Assembly: GCA_016787985.1 (NCBI GenBank)
Contig: JAEUTC010000043.1
Span: forward strand, 17,145-81,144
Reading direction: 5' to 3'
Origin: Flavobacteriales bacterium
Lineage (GTDB): Bacteria; Bacteroidota; Bacteroidia; Flavobacteriales_F; PHOS-HE28
Length of the DNA stretch: 64,000 nt
The position numbers and the translations under genes are program-made. Positions 62,673 through 64,000 of this stretch are shown one piece after another (within the stretch, counting starts at the first letter, position 1; every line of letters starts with the position of its first letter). Below the pieces are notes generated by a model, which did no database searches, was not told the origin of the DNA, and saw only the letters and a list, made by a program, of their open reading frames with translations.

Positions 62673-63982
62673 GCCACCACGGCGCGCAGGTCGTGTTCGT
62701 TCGCCTCGGTGATCCGCACCGTTGCGAAGTCCCCGATCCGCAAGTGCACATCCGCGCTGAAAGGGATGAGCACTTCGTTATCCACCTCGGGGGAGTCGAA
62801 CTCGGTACGAGCGATCCAGTGGCCGTTCTCAGCCTTGTCCACCAATACCTTGTAGGTCTTGCCCACCTTGGCCTGATTCAGTTCCAAACTGATCCCGCCC
62901 TGCAACTCCATGATCTCCTGCGCGCGCTCCTGCTTCACGGCTTCAGGCACATCATCGGCCATGGTGTGGGCGTGGGTATCCTCTTCATGGCTGTAGGTGA
63001 AGGCACCTAGCCGATCGAAACGCATCCGCTCGATCCAGCGCAAACTGTCATCGTGGTCGGCCTGGGTCTCCCCAGGGAATCCGGCGATGAGCGTGGTGCG
63101 GATGGCGATGCCAGGGACCTTATCGCGGATGGTGGCCACCAGGGCCTCGGTCTTCTCCTGCGTGATGCCCCGCCGCATACGTTTCAGCATTTCGGTGCTG
63201 CCGTGTTGCAGGGGCATATCGAGGTAGTTGCACACGTTGGTCCGATCCCGCATCACGTCAAGCACCTCCATGGGGAAGCCACTTGGGAAGGCATAGTGAA
63301 GACGGATCCAGTCGATACCCTCCACATCGCTGAGGCGCGCCACGAGTTCATCCAGGTTGCGCTTCTTGTAGATATCGAGGCCATAGTAGGTGAGGTCCTG
63401 TGCGATGAGGATGAGTTCCTTGACACCTTGCCGCGCCAGACCCTGCGCGTTGGTGACGAGCTGATCCATCGGTGTGCTCACATGCTTGCCGCGCATCAGC
63501 GGGATGGCGCAGAAGCTGCACTTGCGATCACACCCTTCACTGATCTTGAAATAGGCGTAGTGAGCCGGTGTGGTCAGGAGGCGCTCTCCAACAAGCTCCT
63601 TTTTGTAATCGGCCTTCAGGGTCTTCAAGAGCCGGGGCAGATCGCGGGTGCCGAACCATGCGTCCACCTGGGGGATGCCGTCCTTCAACTCGGGGGCGTA
63701 CCGCTGACTTAGGCAGCCGGTGACGTACACCTTCTCCACCAACCCTTGATCCTTGGCCTTCGCGTAACTCAGGATGGTATCGATGCTCTCCTGCTTGGCG
63801 TTGTCGATGAAGCCGCAGGTGTTGATCACCACCACATTGTGCTCTCCGGAATCCGATTCGTGATCCACAGCGATACCATTGGCCTTGAGCTGGGCCATCA
63901 TCACCTCACTATCGAAGGTGTTCTTCGAACAACCGAGCGTGACAACGTTGACCTTGGTAGGCCTGAGCGTGCGGACTTTCAT
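62669..63982 (-). CDS. rimO: Ribosomal protein S12 methylthiotransferase
   Basis: VNVVTLGCSKNTFDSEVMMAQL (UPF0004), the radical-SAM cluster motif CDRKCSFCAIP, and a C-terminal TRAM domain. The length of 437 aa is typical of RimO rather than MiaB. Confidence 0.9.
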   Translation of the reverse strand: MKVRTLRPTKVNVVTLGCSKNTFDSEVMMAQLKANGIAVDHESDSGEHNVVVINTCGFIDNAKQESIDTILSYAKAKDQGLVEKVYVTGCLSQRYAPELKDGIPQVDAWFGTRDLPRLLKTLKADYKKELVGERLLTTPAHYAYFKISEGCDRKCSFCAIPLMRGKHVSTPMDQLVTNAQGLARQGVKELILIAQDLTYYGLDIYKKRNLDELVARLSDVEGIDWIRLHYAFPSGFPMEVLDVMRDRTNVCNYLDMPLQHGSTEMLKRMRRGITQEKTEALVATIRDKVPGIAIRTTLIAGFPGETQADHDDSLRWIERMRFDRLGAFTYSHEEDTHAHTMADDVPEAVKQERAQEIMELQGGISLELNQAKVGKTYKVLVDKAENGHWIARTEFDSPEVDNEVLIPFSADVHLRIGDFATVRITEANEHDLRAVVA

Positions 63983-64000
63983 TCAGAGGAGCCCGTGGTG

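Overview
This is a 64-kb chromosomal window from a GC-rich bacterium; hand-counted lines give roughly 55-62% G+C. It is almost certainly a member of the Bacteroidota. Support for this: four secreted proteins end in T9SS-type C-terminal sorting domains, TAnnTTTG -7 promoter boxes are present, and the gene content fits (DUF3078, bshC, a TonB-dependent receptor with a CarboxypepD_reg N-terminus). Most of the window is ordinary core or shell genome. Recognisable genes are pyrD, guaA, smpB, rimO, bshC, an HMG-CoA lyase, a DtxR/MntR-ZIP-TonB receptor metal locus, two MscS channels, an ECF sigma factor, a Crp/Fnr regulator, an AraC regulator, a surface-glycan cluster (GT2, GT4 x2, WcaF-like acetyltransferase, polytopic membrane proteins) and several giant SBBP/Calx-beta/vWA surface proteins. 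The clear outlier is an AT-rich segment of about 3.3 kb (about 45.64-49.0 kb, roughly 35-47% G+C by hand count). It ends exactly at the 3' end of a tRNA-Val(GAC) gene, has no integrase or transposase, and carries a compact three-gene operon. The operon encodes a 76-aa charged helical protein, a 531-aa protein, and a translationally coupled 240-aa protein with no recognisable motif. The 531-aa protein has a clan-CA-like Gln/Cys...His...Asp core (papain / C39 / phytochelatin-synthase-like) flanked by unknown domains. I consider this the best candidate for an undescribed conflict or defence-type system; that role is inference. Secondary observations: a conserved TTCAC-N4-GTGAA palindrome upstream of two tandem paralogous outer-membrane genes next to a Crp/Fnr regulator; a decayed vapBC-like toxin-antitoxin remnant inside the glycan cluster; three kinds of REP-like palindromic repeats; a lower-GC islet of small membrane and unknown genes; and 8-nt G/C homopolymers in two surface-protein genes. 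No rRNA, CRISPR array, transposase or prophage genes were seen. Many long ORFs in the supplied track are antisense shadows typical of GC-rich DNA and were rejected.
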